Made by a program: the position numbers and the translations under genes. A DNA stretch of 62,771 bases, the filler included, from Sphacelaria rigidula (taxonomy: Eukaryota), in NCBI GenBank assembly GCA_964200075.2. It is 6 parts of 6 records of this genome, joined end to end, with 100 filler letters (N's around TTAATTAATTAA, not from the genome) between each part and the next. Parts side by side here need not be neighbours in the genome. Positions count along the whole stretch, not along the records: positions 1 to 10,379 come from CAXNAA020006611.1; positions 10,480 to 20,858 come from CAXNAA020006612.1; 4 more parts are not named here. One strand, given 5' to 3'. Numbering within the stretch: the stretch's first letter is position 1; each line of letters begins with the position of its first letter. Shown here one piece after another: positions 1 through 13,520 of this stretch. The notes beneath the pieces were generated by a model, which was not told the origin of the DNA, ran no database searches, and saw only the letters and a program-made list of their open reading frames with translations.

Positions 1-277
1 AAAACTACTCTCACGAGAGGTTTACTGCGGGGCGCGCCGGATCCAACGAAGGAAAGCGAGCGGACTCGAGGTGTGGATGTTCACATCCAGCCGTGGAGAC
101 CCAACCCGGCTCAGCCGCTTGAAGTGGCCATTTGGGATTTTGCGGGGCACTGTGACTACTATTCGACACACCAGGTGAAAACTACAGGCAGTCTTTTCGG
201 GGCTAGACTGCTGGCGGTTTTTGTTTTCAAGCCTTTGGCGTAGATCGTGTGAGACAGTCCAGTGACGTTGTGAACAG

Positions 278-1412
278 TTGTTTACAGTGATTACTGCAAG
301 GTGCATTTTCTGTCCACGAGACCGCAAAGGGAAATGTAAATACTTCCACCCCCTTATTCCAGATGGTACTCGCCGGATCAGTTACTCATGGACGGAGTGG
401 TCCTGCGTTCTCATCGCTCTATGCTCTTTCGTGAAAGGAAGGAGATCTGTATTCTGTGAAGAGTGGACACGGGATGGGTGCAAAGCGTTACCGGGACGAA
501 CACATTTGCAATTTCCCTCCCACTGGATGGTTCGATTTGATTGTGGTGTGCACCAGTTCAAAATATTGTAAAACGGCAACCTCACGCCGCTGAAGTATGA
601 TGTCACTCGTTCCTACTCTGAAGGGTGCTTTGAAAGAGCAGCTCACATGGAGCACGGCGCGTAGGAAACGCATATCGATGCCGGCATGGATAGGACAACA
701 GGACTGCCAAGAACTCGTACACAAAAGAGTTCTGCCACGCACTGTGCAATATATACTCCTGCATGTTGTATTCCGGGCACCGAAATCACCTGCATAACAT
801 CAATTCACAACAAATGGCGATCATTATATTACCGCAGTGTGTATGAGCTGAGCCAGCTTGAAGACGAGCTTGAGCTGTCACAGCCATATCTCATCGACGC
901 AGACATGGTCGGTCGTGATCCGCAAATCTTGTGAGTCATCTGATTTGAGGACAGAAACCCACTTGCGCAACAGCCCGGTCAAATGCCTCCTCACCGATGA
1001 ACGCTGTGCGGAGTAAACCTCGTCACCGTAGAATCAGCGGATGGCGCTGATTTTGGGTATGACGATTCCTTTGGGCACGTGGAAACGATCAATGCCATCT
1101 GTAATATATATAGGGACGTGACGCGCACAATACCTCATTCTAAAATTGATACATGACATGGATTTCGTGTTGAGTTCGAGATGTGGTTTGACATTTGGTA
1201 AAGAATGGAGCCTAATTCGAAGGCATTAACCAAAGTTGTGTCATCATCTCAAATGCCTTCCGCGATACCCACCAAATCGTCGAACACATGTATCAAGCTG
1301 ACCGCAAAGAGCAGGCGACGAGGATGAAAGCGGGATTTTTGTCCAAGGCCAAAGCGATGACGCTGAGGGCGAAACGGTACCTATATTAATGAGTGCTCTT
1401 CAAACTGCTATA
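278..1412 (+). pseudogene. Decayed intronless coding-like tract, unassigned (possible CCCH-finger-like motif near start)
   Basis: Overlapping short + frames give protein-like runs (CIFCPRDRKGKCKYFHP; WRSLYYRSVYELSQLEDELELSQPYLID) broken by stops and frameshifts. It ends convergent with ORF 1414..1947. Confidence 0.25.
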
Positions 1413-1413
1413 A

Positions 1414-1947
1414 TTAATTGAAAACATGATTTCTTAACCCAAATTTTACTCGATCAAGACGTACTTTGAATCCTAGTGATGCATCAGCGCGGAATCTAAC
1501 AAAAACATGTGTGGAACCGATTGCTATATGGGATCGAGTTATAACACTGTGGGTTAGTTTTTGTCGAGGATGTGGGGGGTTGGCATTGTGTGGTTGCCAC
1601 TTATAAATGGCACGAAAGACCACGGGAGGGCTTCCCAATATCGGTGGTGTAAAATCTGAGGTCGTCCTCAAAAAGGCAGTGCCGCACGTATTGGTGCTAC
1701 AAATGGAAACAAGCCGTATTGTTAACACTGTTTCATAGTTTCGCTGCTTTTTGCCGGCTTCCGTGGGTCCCAGCGTGAAGATTCCCTTGGAAGGCGGTAC
1801 AGAATGCCTCGAAATAAAGCAGGTTGGTGTTATACGTCCCGGGTGGTCCAACAAACATATTATATGTACGTGGTTTGGTTGCGAAACTCGAAAACCTAGT
1901 GCAGTGTTTTCCATTATACCCGAAACATATACTTCGAAGTATTTCAT
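1414..1947 (-). CDS. Hypothetical 177-aa ORF or ORF remnant, unassigned
   Basis: Open frame with non-repetitive composition and no recognised motif. Confidence 0.2.
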   Translation of the reverse strand: MKYFEVYVSGIMENTALGFRVSQPNHVHIICLLDHPGRITPTCFISRHSVPPSKGIFTLGPTEAGKKQRNYETVLTIRLVSICSTNTCGTAFLRTTSDFTPPILGSPPVVFRAIYKWQPHNANPPHPRQKLTHSVITRSHIAIGSTHVFVRFRADASLGFKVRLDRVKFGLRNHVFN

Positions 1948-3894
1948 ATCAAAATCAAGTAGGTGGAGTTCGCACGTTTTAAGCTCACTTCATCGCAAGG
2001 CTTCACGCCGTTTTCAGCAGTTGGAGGATTAAATTTTGCACACACGCATCACGGGCCATCACAAACCTGTCAATGGACGACGGGTTCGTCACGTTGTTCA
2101 TTTTCCACTGTTTTCGGGTGTCCAGCGTGATTCAGAGATGGTTCAAGGTCCCCAAGAACCGTGGGACACCCGAAAAACGGTTATCAACAAAAAAACGACA
2201 AAAAATAGAACCTCGTTCGTCGAACGTGCTGTATTGACTCGTAGTTGTCACTTCCTCTGTCCCACAAGATGAGCCCGTTTGGAGGTTTCGCCGCATCTTC
2301 CGTGCGTATTTTCGACATGTCCCGAACCCTTGTTTTTTTGTTCTCGTGAAGTTTTTGCCCAGCCCCCAATAGACAAGCAGCTACACTCCCGGCGATCAGA
2401 GTGTGTCGGTCGTGCACAACCGGAATCTACCGGTTGACAGCCTTCCCATCGATTTTGGAGAAACTTAATTTTTCGTGGTTCCCGACGTGTTTCGGAGAAC
2501 CGCCCGAAACCGTCATTTTTCAGTCTGGCGCCACCACAGCACTATTGTAGCTTGCAGCAGTCCGTTCATGCCGGGTTCGGGAGTTTACGCGCCCATCCTG
2601 GGGATAATATCATGTTGTCTCCGAGTCTGGAGAGTCTTCTTGTTCTCACACAGGTCCCCAACACCTCAAAACACTCTACGGTGGGTCTGACCAAAAAAGA
2701 GGTTCTTTGTACCCCCCGTATCGCGTATTGAGCCAAATTTTTGCCATAACTGTGGCCCTCCTCCGGACAATCTATCACTACATGAGTTCACTGTGTTTTT
2801 TTCACGCCGGGGATGACAGCACGTGATCCCCTGATGCTCATTTTTGTTTTACACGATGGCAACCATACTTGTATGTGGAAGACATGTTGGAGGCCCGTAT
2901 TTCGAAAAACAACTATATTAGGTAAATCATCGCAATATTTCATCACTGGCTTATCCAAGGAGATTTTCCAGACGGGCTTCTTTTGTGGGACAGGGAAAGT
3001 AAGTATTATTTATTGCTCATTTATTGTATATTTGTCGCATTTGAACCCCTTGCTTTCTCGGGATGAGTCCGTGGTCTCAGGGGATCAACCCATCTCTGCC
3101 CCGGTACACGCTTTGCATTTTGGTGTCTTGGATTGGGTCATGACTATCACCACTCCCGCACCGCGGCAACTCAAGTCAAACCAACTCAGTCGACTACTTT
3201 GTTTACTCACGTCCTCACGCTTTCCACGTTGGAAATCAGACATTGCGATGAAGAAAACAACGGATCGGGAATCAAACCCTGTTTTTATCCATCGTAATGG
3301 CGACAGTCGGACGATTACACCACCGGGGCGCGGCGGTAGTACACTTATGAAAAACACTCCCGAGGGAAAAAAATGAAGGAACATATGCTGTGTCATTTCG
3401 GTTGTATCCCTCCAGTGTCATAGACGTTTTTGTGAAAAATGGGTATTGTTTTTTGCCCTCAACTCGTAGCATGCATGTTTTCATCATGCCCTTGCGCTAC
3501 TCCGTACCAAGTTTCGTTTTCAACTCTCTCAAGGGAGCAGAGGAATCAAGATGTAGGGCCAGACCCGTTTTGAGACTGGACCAGCTCATGAAGCTGGGAC
3601 AGCCATTTTGCACATTATTCTGCCATTGCGACGCTGCAGCAACGGCGACCGTAAATGTAGTGTGTGTCGTGTTGTCATGCCACCTATTCTGGACGCCAGT
3701 CTACGCCTTCGTGTATACGTGGGCGCATCAGCCGTGATCACACAGGAGGAAGGCCAACACAGGGATTTTTCCCTTACTTCGGTTATCCACCTTCCTTCTG
3801 CGTCACTTCTTATTGCGAAATGAGTGCAGTGATCCATTTCCCGCGTCGATCATGAAGTCGAATATTGTGTATCTACGACATACTCGCTCTCCAC

Positions 3895-4009
3895 TGTTGG
3901 GTATGGTGTGATAATCAAGCCCAGACCGTGGAACTTCACCGAAACTCGAACCCGCCACCGAACCATCAGAAGGTTACGAGGTTGCCAACTGAGCCAGCGA
4001 AGCGACTGG
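3895..4009 (-). mobile_element. Degenerate tRNA-derived SINE fragment
   Basis: Minus strand has an A-box-like TGGCTCAGTTGG and a B-box-like GGGTTCGAGT about 30 nt apart, but no intact cloverleaf. Confidence 0.5.
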
Positions 4010-4679
4010 CGTAGTGTGGCTCATGGGAAAACGCACGGAATTTTGTTAGCCTGACAACATGAAACGTCAATAAAAACTCGGCAAAGGAGTTTCGGCGTGA
4101 CCTGGAACGACGCGGCTTTTTCGGGTGTGCTGATTGGCTTGAACCAACCAATTGTTTCACCTTCACTCTAATCACCCAGAGTAGTTCTGTACAGAATTTT
4201 CTTTCACGTTGCGCCACGCGTAGTGACTGCGCCTTTGACTCTGCACTGCAGAAGGCCAATGAAAACAAAGGGTGCTCAATGGTCTAGCGCATGCAGGCAA
4301 ATGGCTCATCGCCTGTACGTGGACGTCTTTGTCAGTCATTTTGTGTGTAGTTATTGTTCGGCCTGGTATGAGTGCAGCTTGCCATGTGATGGGAGACTTG
4401 TCTCCGCTGCTGCTGCTACTTCTCTGGAAACAGGGTATATCTCCAGACTCTGTCTGCACTCAACTGTAAAAGCTACAAATTAAAGGGCATGTAGTGCATG
4501 TGTAAGGAAAATGCCGTTGGTCTTGTAGGATCAGACCTTGCGTGTGCCTAACGATGTGGGCTCTGACATAAGAAAGAGGAAGACGTAACTCAAGACATGG
4601 CCCCTACTGACTTCACGTCAGAAGCACATCTCCCAACTCACAGCATACAGCATACCACATTAGCAAGGCCGGAACATGT

Positions 4680-4885
4680 AGCTTTCGTTGACTTTTTGTT
4701 TTTTTTCTCGTCTTGGGCTACTATGTCGTTCTGTTCGATTTTTTTTCTCCTCTTTTTTTCTGTTCCTTTTTCTTTTCAGCGAGTGATTCAGTCTTGTTTT
4801 TGCTGGGTAAGTCGATCATGAGACCACGACTAGACCCCCTGGGGGGTAAGTAAAAGTACGACAACCAATCAATCAATCAATCAAT
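4680..4885 (+). mobile_element. Non-LTR retrotransposon (LINE/RTE-like) 3' end with (CAAT)n tail
   Basis: T-rich UTR, then GAGACCACG-CTAGACCCCCTGGGGGGT, then CAATCAATCAATCAATCAAT. The same structure occurs near 11120, 11980 (minus) and 17155. Confidence 0.65.
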
Positions 4886-5050
4886 ATAGGCCGCGAGAGA
4901 AGCAGTAAAACCAAGGGTAGCAATATCTTGTGTTTGTAAGAAAAATGTAAAGAAAAACGTCTCTAGGGTACTGGGCCGTATATTGCCCAAGCTGTCTTGC
5001 CTTCACTCGCAAAGCAGCACGCTGTAAACTGCCGAAGTGAGCCCTCCCGT

Positions 5051-8000
5051 TCACTGGGCTAAAGGAAGGAAATCTCGGTTTTGTTCACCAGCGTAAACAG
5101 GAACAAACCGTTTGAGCCTCCCCCAAGCAGTTGACAACGTAGGATCCCATTTTATTTCTGCATTCTGCAATAATATATACAATCCATCGTATCGATAAAC
5201 TCTAGAGATTGCGCTCATTACGTCTGACCAATGTGGTGCTCGGTTGTCATGATCTACCACCGAAAACCATCGAGTAGTCCGTCTTGTGGTGAGTCTAGCC
5301 ACATCCCGTTTGGCGCATATATGCTCGAAGTTACTCGAAGTGCATGAAGGCATCTCCAAATGTTTTTTTTCGGATTTGAGCCCGTGGTGGTTTCGATCTC
5401 TGGATCTTTCACTGGGAAAAACATCGCAGTTTGGTTACGACAAGGCCTGGGATGGCACTCCGCGTCTTCACGCTGTAGGTGCAGCTTCTACGGGACGGGG
5501 ATTGAGCACATTCGATTTTTCACTCAAATTTGGACCACTTTCAAATCCGTTGGCACTATTTTCCCACCCAAATTGTAATTTCATCCATTATACGAACTCG
5601 GACGAACCGTTACTCAATTAAGATGTTGAGCTCGATTTTTTCCCTCACGTATCTTGTGCGTTCAACATCAGCATGTTCAGGCGGTGATAAGCATTTCACA
5701 CGATTCAACTGTTGAAAAGAAGTCTAGCCCACCTCAAGATTCCAATTCGAGCTACGTGCGACGTTACAAGTATAAACACCAGAGGGTAGTTTCAGTTTCA
5801 GAGTGGGATGCTCTAGCGTTCCTGATCGTGTAGGTGACGGCTTTCATTGAAGCCATCGCTTCACCAGCAGGGCGCATTACTCCTCGAACTGGGGCGATGT
5901 TGAAATCGACCGGAAAGTCGATTGTTTCCGGTCTCACTCTGACTCTGAAACTACCCTCTGAATATCACGAATATAGTTTTAATTGTGTAATCGTTGCAAC
6001 TACTTGTTGCCGATGTGGCTACCTCATAAACCACCTGCACTTTTTTAAGCACGGGGGTGTGTGGGGAGATATTTTTCGATATGTGTTGTACACAAGTTTT
6101 GTTTTCCATCCGTTGTCAGATGATGGGGTACACTTGATCATTTGAGTCAGGTGTACGGTACCTCAACGTCGTCACTGACGTCGAGTGTGAAGTCCCACCG
6201 GGTGTTGTCACATGTTGACGTTTCAAATGATCTGACAAGTAACAGTGGATTTTCGAAAATGGGGTTCAACTCAAAAGCCGTGCTTTCCCTGACCTAATTT
6301 CATGACAAATGATTTTCATATGGACGACCTCATCCCTCCCGACCCCCCTAAAACTATGTCGGGGGAGCCATGTTTTCAAACCGTGTCGACCCATGTCTGA
6401 TATTTGGAGTCATGAGTTATTGCCGTTGCGATTCAGATTTGGTGTTGAAAAAAATATGATTCTAGACGTATACGTGTGCCACTCACGAAACGTATAATAT
6501 ATAGTATGCAGCAACGAAGAGATCGTATCCAGTTTTAACCAGAAACACGTGTGGCCACGAGGGAATGCCGCAGGTCGGTATGCACATGCATGTGGATTTC
6601 ATTGCTCGATCGTCGCATATCCCCTGATTCCCAGAGAACCAACCGTGATCACACGGTAAACGTATGAAACAGGACTCGCTGAAGAAAAGTAAAAAAAAAA
6701 CAAGAACAAGAAAATCTAGAAGTGACCGACTTTGTCTTCAGGTGAAAAAGGACCTGCGCAAAAACACATGACATCAATTCACACCCAAACGGAAGCCTAA
6801 TCTCTTTCGGCCACACTGTCTTGGGTATGGGCTCTCACCCATGAAGTGTACGGGAGCGTGGCACCAAACTCCGACTTGCATGTTCTGGGAGAAAAGGAAT
6901 ACGTAAAACCATGTAGAATTGTAGAAGCAAGGGACGCCGCAAGACCGACAGAGGGCCCAATGTATTGGCTCTGAATATCCGTGGTAAACGTCCTCCTTCA
7001 TGTTCTCCAATCCGCGATACCGCAACGTACACCACTTACCGCGGCAAAGATAGATCTAATCCTTGAGTCCACGACCACGTCTCGAGGAAGAGGAGCGATT
7101 GACATATATATGGTAAGAGAAACGTTTGTATACGACGTTCGGCACTTGCACAAAGTGTTGGGGGCAGACCAGTTGTCCGGACATCAATACAGTCATGTTG
7201 TACAGAAAATGTGTAGGTGAATTGGGAGAATCACGTATCGCAAGGCAATGCAGGCCTTGGCATGTTCATCACTTTGAGCACAAGCCCCGAGCCTTGCCGC
7301 CGCAGGCATTTTGGGATTTGAAGCAAATTTCAAAGGTGCTTATTGCGCCACTTCTTGGGGAATAAGAAAAGCCATTTAACCGAGGGTTACAGCCGACCCT
7401 TGTTCATGGTGAAAAAACGCGATAGTACTTTTGAACACGTCTTGCTCCCGCGGAACAATGCTTTATTGACTGGCAGAGTTTGTTCATGCCTAGAAGAACA
7501 GTCCTGCAAATCAAAACCTCTTTTCGATGATAAAGCTTGAATAGCTGCCCAGCCTCACCCAACCATTTATCAAACCTAACGTCATTCAGAATGTTCACGT
7601 TTAGAAGCTATCGACACAAGCTTGCACATTTCGAGGGTATATCGAATAATGGATCAGACAAACGGAGGAGGTTGTATACTTTAGTGGGAGAACGAGTAGC
7701 GTATGAAAACTGACTTTCGTGTCCACAGTTTTAGTTCCGTGTATTCCTGCGAAACTCCGAACGGGCGGATACTTTATACCTCTGTTTGGGCCCCGTTACT
7801 GTTCAACTGTGCGGCTTCTTCCAGCGATAACCCATGCAACATTTCGGGATGTGCGGTAAATCACGTCGGTGTCAACATTACTGCAGACAGTGAAGTGTCT
7901 TCCGGCTGCTGAGACCGACTGCAGCATACCGAATGCTTTCCCTGACGACAGTGCCTCAATCATACCAGCATTTCGATGAGGGGCACCCTGTGGTAAGTCC

Positions 8001-8930
8001 TTCGCGCAACTTGAGGATTTCAAACTGGATTGATGAATGAAGTGGCTTCCGCCACCTTTTTGACACCATCAAAGCATGCAGTTTACGTGCCATGAACGGC
8101 GGACCACGTATGGCACGTGCAGCTGCCCATATTTCTTTTCTCATCGCCACGGCTTGGCGTACACCATTCCAGTTCATCGATAGCGTCTTGAACGAGGTCG
8201 TTTAGTACAAGACATGACGGACTACTAATGGGACTGTACAGTACAGGAGTTCGTCGGCATGAAGTTGGTCAGGGACGATGATCTTCGAACGCTTACCGAT
8301 TGTGTAAATAGCGGTGACTATCAAACATGAACCGTTGAACAGTGACCCCCCGCAGGTGGACTGAGTTGGACCATGCTACATTTGAGGTTCAAAACAGCTC
8401 TTTTCTCGGTACACGGAACGCGTTTTTCATGGACATGTGAATATTTGGCATCTACAGAGAAAATAGTCCCGAACCCTTGACCAGTGTCGACCCTGCAGTC
8501 ATTTGCGTGCAGAATCTGTGTGTATGTGTGCTGTATGTCTTCGCTGGATACAACGGCAAGAAACAGCACACACGCGGTCATTCGGCTACCCCCCAAAATG
8601 CTCTGTTCCGGTTAACTTTTCGAGCCTCCAGAGGAACTAAACGTCTCCAGAGGGTGCGCGGCCCTCCAGAGGGGTGGGATCAAACGCCTCAAGAGCATCG
8701 TTTTGTTGGAAATATTTTGTGGCTCGTGGCGTTTGGTACTGTTCTCGAAACAGACCGACTACCGTCGCAGAGACTGTGAGTTAGCAGAGGTTGCTCAGTG
8801 GTAGTCAAACCACTTGCTACTGCAGCAGACATGAAGTCCGAAGACAAAACTGGTGTTTGGGGCTCTTCACTTCGGCCGAACAAAATCAAGGCAGCCTCTT
8901 TTGCAAGCAGAGTGGTGAGGAAATGAAGAA
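5051..8930 (-). pseudogene. Decayed intronless coding-like tract(s), unassigned
   Basis: Minus-strand frames give protein-like segments (FELNPIFENPLLLVRSFE; RAPHWSDVMSAISRVYRYDGLYILLQNAEIKWDP; MRKEIWAAARAIRGPPFMARKLHALM) interrupted by stops and frameshifts. No clear splice structure. Confidence 0.25.
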
Positions 8931-10379
8931 GAGCTGGGTAAGCTTGGTAAGCTTAGGAGAGTGATAGCAAGGGCGATAGACCACCGAATACAACCATTTT
9001 CAATCCTACAACAAGAATCCAACACTCTACACGTACGTAAGGTCCAATCGTATCATTCAATTCAACCTCGCTATTGCTGACGCGGTAGCCTTGCTAGCTT
9101 AGATTAACTGCAAACTTGCACGCAAGATACCCTGTAGCTTACGTGGCCTAAATACTCTGCCTGAGTATCTTTCATTGACAAATCATGGCAACACGCCTAC
9201 TGTAGCAGTACCCTACCCGAAACGTCATTCACACATGTAGACTATGAATCAACACAAAAGAGGTACTCTCCGTGAAATGGATACCAATGCAACGGTCCTA
9301 CGTGGCTCGTTGTTTCGTTGAAACGCAACAGATTGTACCGCTATCTTTTGTTTCAACAACTTCATTCAAACATTATGAAAATAGACTACATCGTCTAGAT
9401 TTTCCAATACGTTTTGCCTCTGGAGGGCCGCTCATCCCTCCGGAAGAATTTGGAGGATGCGCGGCCTCATAGAGCACCATCTCCTTTGTTACTCTCGCGG
9501 GAGTCAGACCTCAGAAGTCACTGGAGCATTTGATGCCCTCTAGAGGGATATTACCCTAGAGGATGAAAATCGCGATAGAGGATTTTCGTAGGGATAGCCG
9601 AATGCCCGCGTGTGTGTAAGTGCGCCGTCGCTCTCCACTGGACACAATTTACTGCTTTCTGCTGATGCCTCTGCTTAGTGTTCAACAACACTACTAACGG
9701 TGTGAAGTCATGCTGGCCACACGCGATACGTCAGAAAGGCGGCACAGACCTCGAGCAGAGTACGAAACAAGTTATTTTTACTCATGTGATCAATGCTTGA
9801 AGTGCCATGACCCAAACGAAATATGCCAGTAGACAGTGAGGTAGTCCTCCTGTAAAGGGAACCACGTGCTCATTTTGACGACCGTGATTGGTGATAATGG
9901 TCATTCTGCGCCTCACGGGCCCCGCTCCTGGCTTAAAATCCTCCGCGGCAAACTTCCACAGACACATGATTGATTGACTTGGTGACCTTTCCGGGTGCTC
10001 TGCGGACGGACCCCCCCCTCCCGGCCACTGGAACCCCCGCGAATGTCTCCGGACTGTCAGCCTGTCAAACTGCTCCGAGACGACGCTCGCTGTCTCCAGA
10101 TTCGTTTTCGCTTCGCTTTTGATGGTCTTGATAATCATATCAGCGTGATGCCAAATACCAAGAGCAATAGGGCGGAGCCTCTCGATATTTTTGCGTTTGG
10201 CACTTTTGGGCCAATTTCGACCAATCGCACTTGCAAGCGACGGCGCTTAAGGTCTCCCCACGTCATCTAAAATAACACTGTACATCGCGTTGAATTTTTC
10301 ACTCGGTCTTTCCCAGGTTAACCCTTTTGGGATCGGGCCTCCAGAACGACCAATGAGACTGGTCAGGAATGACGTGTAT

Positions 10380-10479
10380 NNNNNNNNNNNNNNNNNNNNN
10401 NNNNNNNNNNNNNNNNNNNNNNNTTAATTAATTAANNNNNNNNNNNNNNNNNNNNNNNNNNNNNNNNNNNNNNNNNNNN
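10380..10479. other. Artificial contig spacer
   Basis: 44 N + TTAATTAATTAA (stops in all six frames) + 44 N. Confidence 0.98.
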
Positions 10480-10496
10480 CCCCCCTTCTCCCCTAC

Positions 10497-13400
10497 CGTT
10501 ACATCGTGTCTCGCCTGACTGACCGCTTGAAGAGCAAACGATGACAACGGGGCGCCATCCCATTCTTCAGCTTCCTCACGCCGCCTGTTGTTTATCGCCC
10601 GCAACATCGTCCGAACCTTGGCATCGAAGTCTTTGATGGACATCGAAGCGATAGCTTCTGTGACCTCGCTGCGGGTGCTCGGAGGTAAGGCGGGAGGTCC
10701 TCCCGATTGTTTCTTCCAGACCTGGATGGGGTAGAGGGAGACAAGTAACACGAATACAGCGCATCAGGACAACACTTTATAGTCCTGCTACCACAAAAAC
10801 GCGTGGTGTACAGTTCCACCTCGCTCCGATGCTGGGTGCTGCATCATGGACAGGGCGATTGCTGCTGCGTGCTTGACCGACGATGGCCGTAAATAAATAC
10901 TCCGCTAAATACCAGCCGGCAGTAACTTTTACTTTTTTTGTTTTAGGTCGGCTATTTCTTTCTGTACTTTGCTTGTGTTGACTTTTTTACTACTTTTTTT
11001 TTTGTTACGAATTAGTCTGCTATATCGTTCTGTTCGACCCTCCTTTATTTTGTTGTTCTCTGTTCCTTCTTTGACTCAGAGCGTGTTTCAATTTCGTTTT
11101 TCTTGGGTACGTCTATCGTGAGACCACGGCTGGACCTCTGGGAGGTCAGTTAAAGCGCGACAATCAATCAGTCAAATCAATCAGTAACGAATCTTTGTTG
11201 ACGTGGGAAAGAAGCAACCAGCGAGGGAAACACCTTTTGGATCTCAGAAAATGGTCGAATACGAGATCACAAAAGCGCGTCGAAAAATACGTGCCCCGAT
11301 AATGCGCCGAACTGTATCGGGAAAAAGTGAAGAAAAAAAAAAAGGGGGGACGTCAATGGGAGGCCCATTTTACTATCCGTTGCGCGTGATTTGAAAGGGT
11401 GTCATGGGCTGCGTGGGTAGGCCTGTGGTCAGTCAGAAGCAGAAACTAACTCAAGAAATATAAAGCGTCTGAAACTCGGAGCGTTCCATATCTGCTTTTC
11501 TCCAATAAATCAACAAGAGGAAAACGCTGTGCCAACCATAGACACACGGCATCATGTTGCGCAGAATAAAATGAAGGATCATACCCTGCATTGACTACGG
11601 ACAGTATCAGCAACAGCACGTAAAGCTCAGCGAATAAGTAAGGAGAAGGCGTGAGTGACCGACTCACTTTCCACATGCGGAAGACGGTTTCGAAGGCTAG
11701 CTCTTGGGTGCGGTGGTCCGTTACAGACTGCAGAGATGCGGCCTGCGCCAAGAAGCTCTTGAGTAGCGTCGAGTTTCCACGGATTTCTTTCGCGAGCTCC
11801 TTCCACAGTGAGGGGCGTTTCTGGGGAAACCATGCGAGAAACGAAAACAAGAGTCAGGCGATGCAGCCGAAAAGCGCGCGGAGGCAACATTGAGATCATT
11901 TCATTTGATTTCATTTGATTTCATTTGATTTCATTTGATTTCATTTGATTTCATTTGATTGATTGATTGACGCACTTTAACTGACCCCCCAGGGGTCCAG
12001 CCGTGGTCTTATTTGGCAATTTGTAGATATACGAGATATATTTTTGTGCATGTAAACTTTTCCGTGAGATGACGTTCCATCAACCCATTTCGTATTTGCT
12101 CCCCGGATTTGTTCTCTCCCTCCCTCTCGTACATGGGCTAAGGAACATATAAAACAGCGAATTCGATAGTATATTCGGGTGAACATACAGTTCTGATGCT
12201 ACGCTTATCGGACGGGAACGGCACGGTCTTTGAGCGAGCTGTCTGTGCCGAGTCGAACTGGATGCAACGTGCTTTTCAAGCTGCAATATGCTCCTTCACC
12301 GCCTGTAGATGAGTCTTGATTAAAATACGCTGGGCATCGTGCTTGATTCAGGTCACTTGCTAGTGCGTAAAGCTAGTCGTGGACGAATCTTGGGGAAAAT
12401 GCAGGAATCCCCCGTTTCGAGCAGCCATGTTTCGCAGAGTGAGAAGGAGCGATGATTGTACTACCCCCGTTTGATTGAGAACAACGTTGTTTCGTCCTGA
12501 TCTGGCAACTGACACATGCAAAACAAAGTACACGCCCCCCCCCCCCCCCCCCCCCCCCNNNNNNNNNNCACTCCTCTTAATGAACCCACGTCTTTCTGTC
12601 CCCCCCGCCCCTCCCCCAACAAAAAAACCACGCCCTCCCCCCCCCCCCCCCCCCCCCCCCCCCCCATTCTCCTCCCCACTTGTAAACACATACAACTACA
12701 GGTATCCTGAACATGGACGTGGAACACCTAGGTGTAAGGGTTCCGGCGACCTAACCTCGCAGAACGTCAACAGAGCAGAGGCTGCAGCACGTTGAGCATC
12801 AGCACCCGTATCGTTGTCCCTCACTACCTCAGTCAAAGCCAAGAGCAACGCAGGTTGTCGAAGGCCGCGGTGAATGTCTGTGGCTGCATCCTCGTCAACA
12901 TCTGCGTGTCTCACAAACACATATGAGAGACCGAAGCACACAGTCATGGACAGGCCCCCTTCACCACAAGAGTATAGAAGTAGGTCACCGTATGCAGCCA
13001 CTGCTGAAACACGTTTCGAACAAGATAAAAACTTGAAATACACAGGGACGGGGGGGGTGGGGAGAGGAAGGCTGGGGACCGAGGCATCCCAGGATGTGAG
13101 AAAGTCATATCGTTCACATGTTGGTAGCAGAAGCAAGATTTGATGCAGCTCCCGTACGCGAAGGTCAAACCTAAAGGGTATTACGTCAAGCCGTCGTCTT
13201 CATGTTTCAGCCCATAGAGTCAACTGTGACGCAAGGGAAACATATACAGCGTGAGATAGAGACATACGTCAAGCACACAGACAGAAGCACGCACAAGCAG
13301 GCCGACACAGACGATGTAGCCGTGCCTGCTCTGAATCACCTGTGTCGATAATCCTGGACACGGACACGCAGCAGCGTCTCAATACGCGGTTCCTGCTGAT

Positions 13401-13520
13401 ACGGTGATCGGAGGCGTTCTCCTTTCCCTCCAGTATCCTCAGTCGACGCATCCCCTTGGCCAGGGTACATGCGAAAGATGCGGCCCCGTCACTGACGTTG
13501 AGAAGACTATCCTGCACAAC
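10497..13520 (-). CDS. Partial multi-exon host gene; helical (ARM/HEAT-like composition) protein of unknown identity
   Basis: Four phase-compatible AG/GT exons: 13520(or 13511)-13340, 12901-12756, 11820-11668, 10721-10497. They read ...RRCCVSVSRIIDT/DVDEDAATDIHRGLRQPALLLALTEVV...LLTFCE/KRPSLWKELAKEI...FRMWK/VWKKQSGG... Further upstream exons are likely (e.g. 16509-16281). The gene runs off the contig end. Confidence 0.7.
10930..11184 (+). mobile_element. LINE/RTE-like 3' end with (CAAT)n tail, intronic
   Basis: T-rich UTR + GAGACCACGGCTGGACCTCTGGGAGGTCAGTTAAAG + CAATCAATCAGTCAAATCAATC. Confidence 0.65.
11901..12011 (-). mobile_element. Extremely 5'-truncated LINE-like 3' end with expanded 10-bp tail repeat
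   Basis: Reverse complement reads AAGACCACGGCTGGACCCCTGGGGGGTCAGTTAAAGTGCG-(TCAA)n. Six exact TCATTTGATT units lie at 11901-11960. Confidence 0.65.

Noticed and set aside
3258-3331. Minus-strand tRNA gene
   Set aside because: A- and B-box-like motifs are present (TGGTGTAATCG, GGTTTGATTCCC), but the acceptor and anticodon stems do not pair; at best a decayed tRNA or SINE head.
12360-12795. Poly-Pro/poly-Gly ORFs (formin/extensin-like)
   Set aside because: They come from poly-C runs around a 10-N gap (12559-12568) inside an intron; low-quality sequence.
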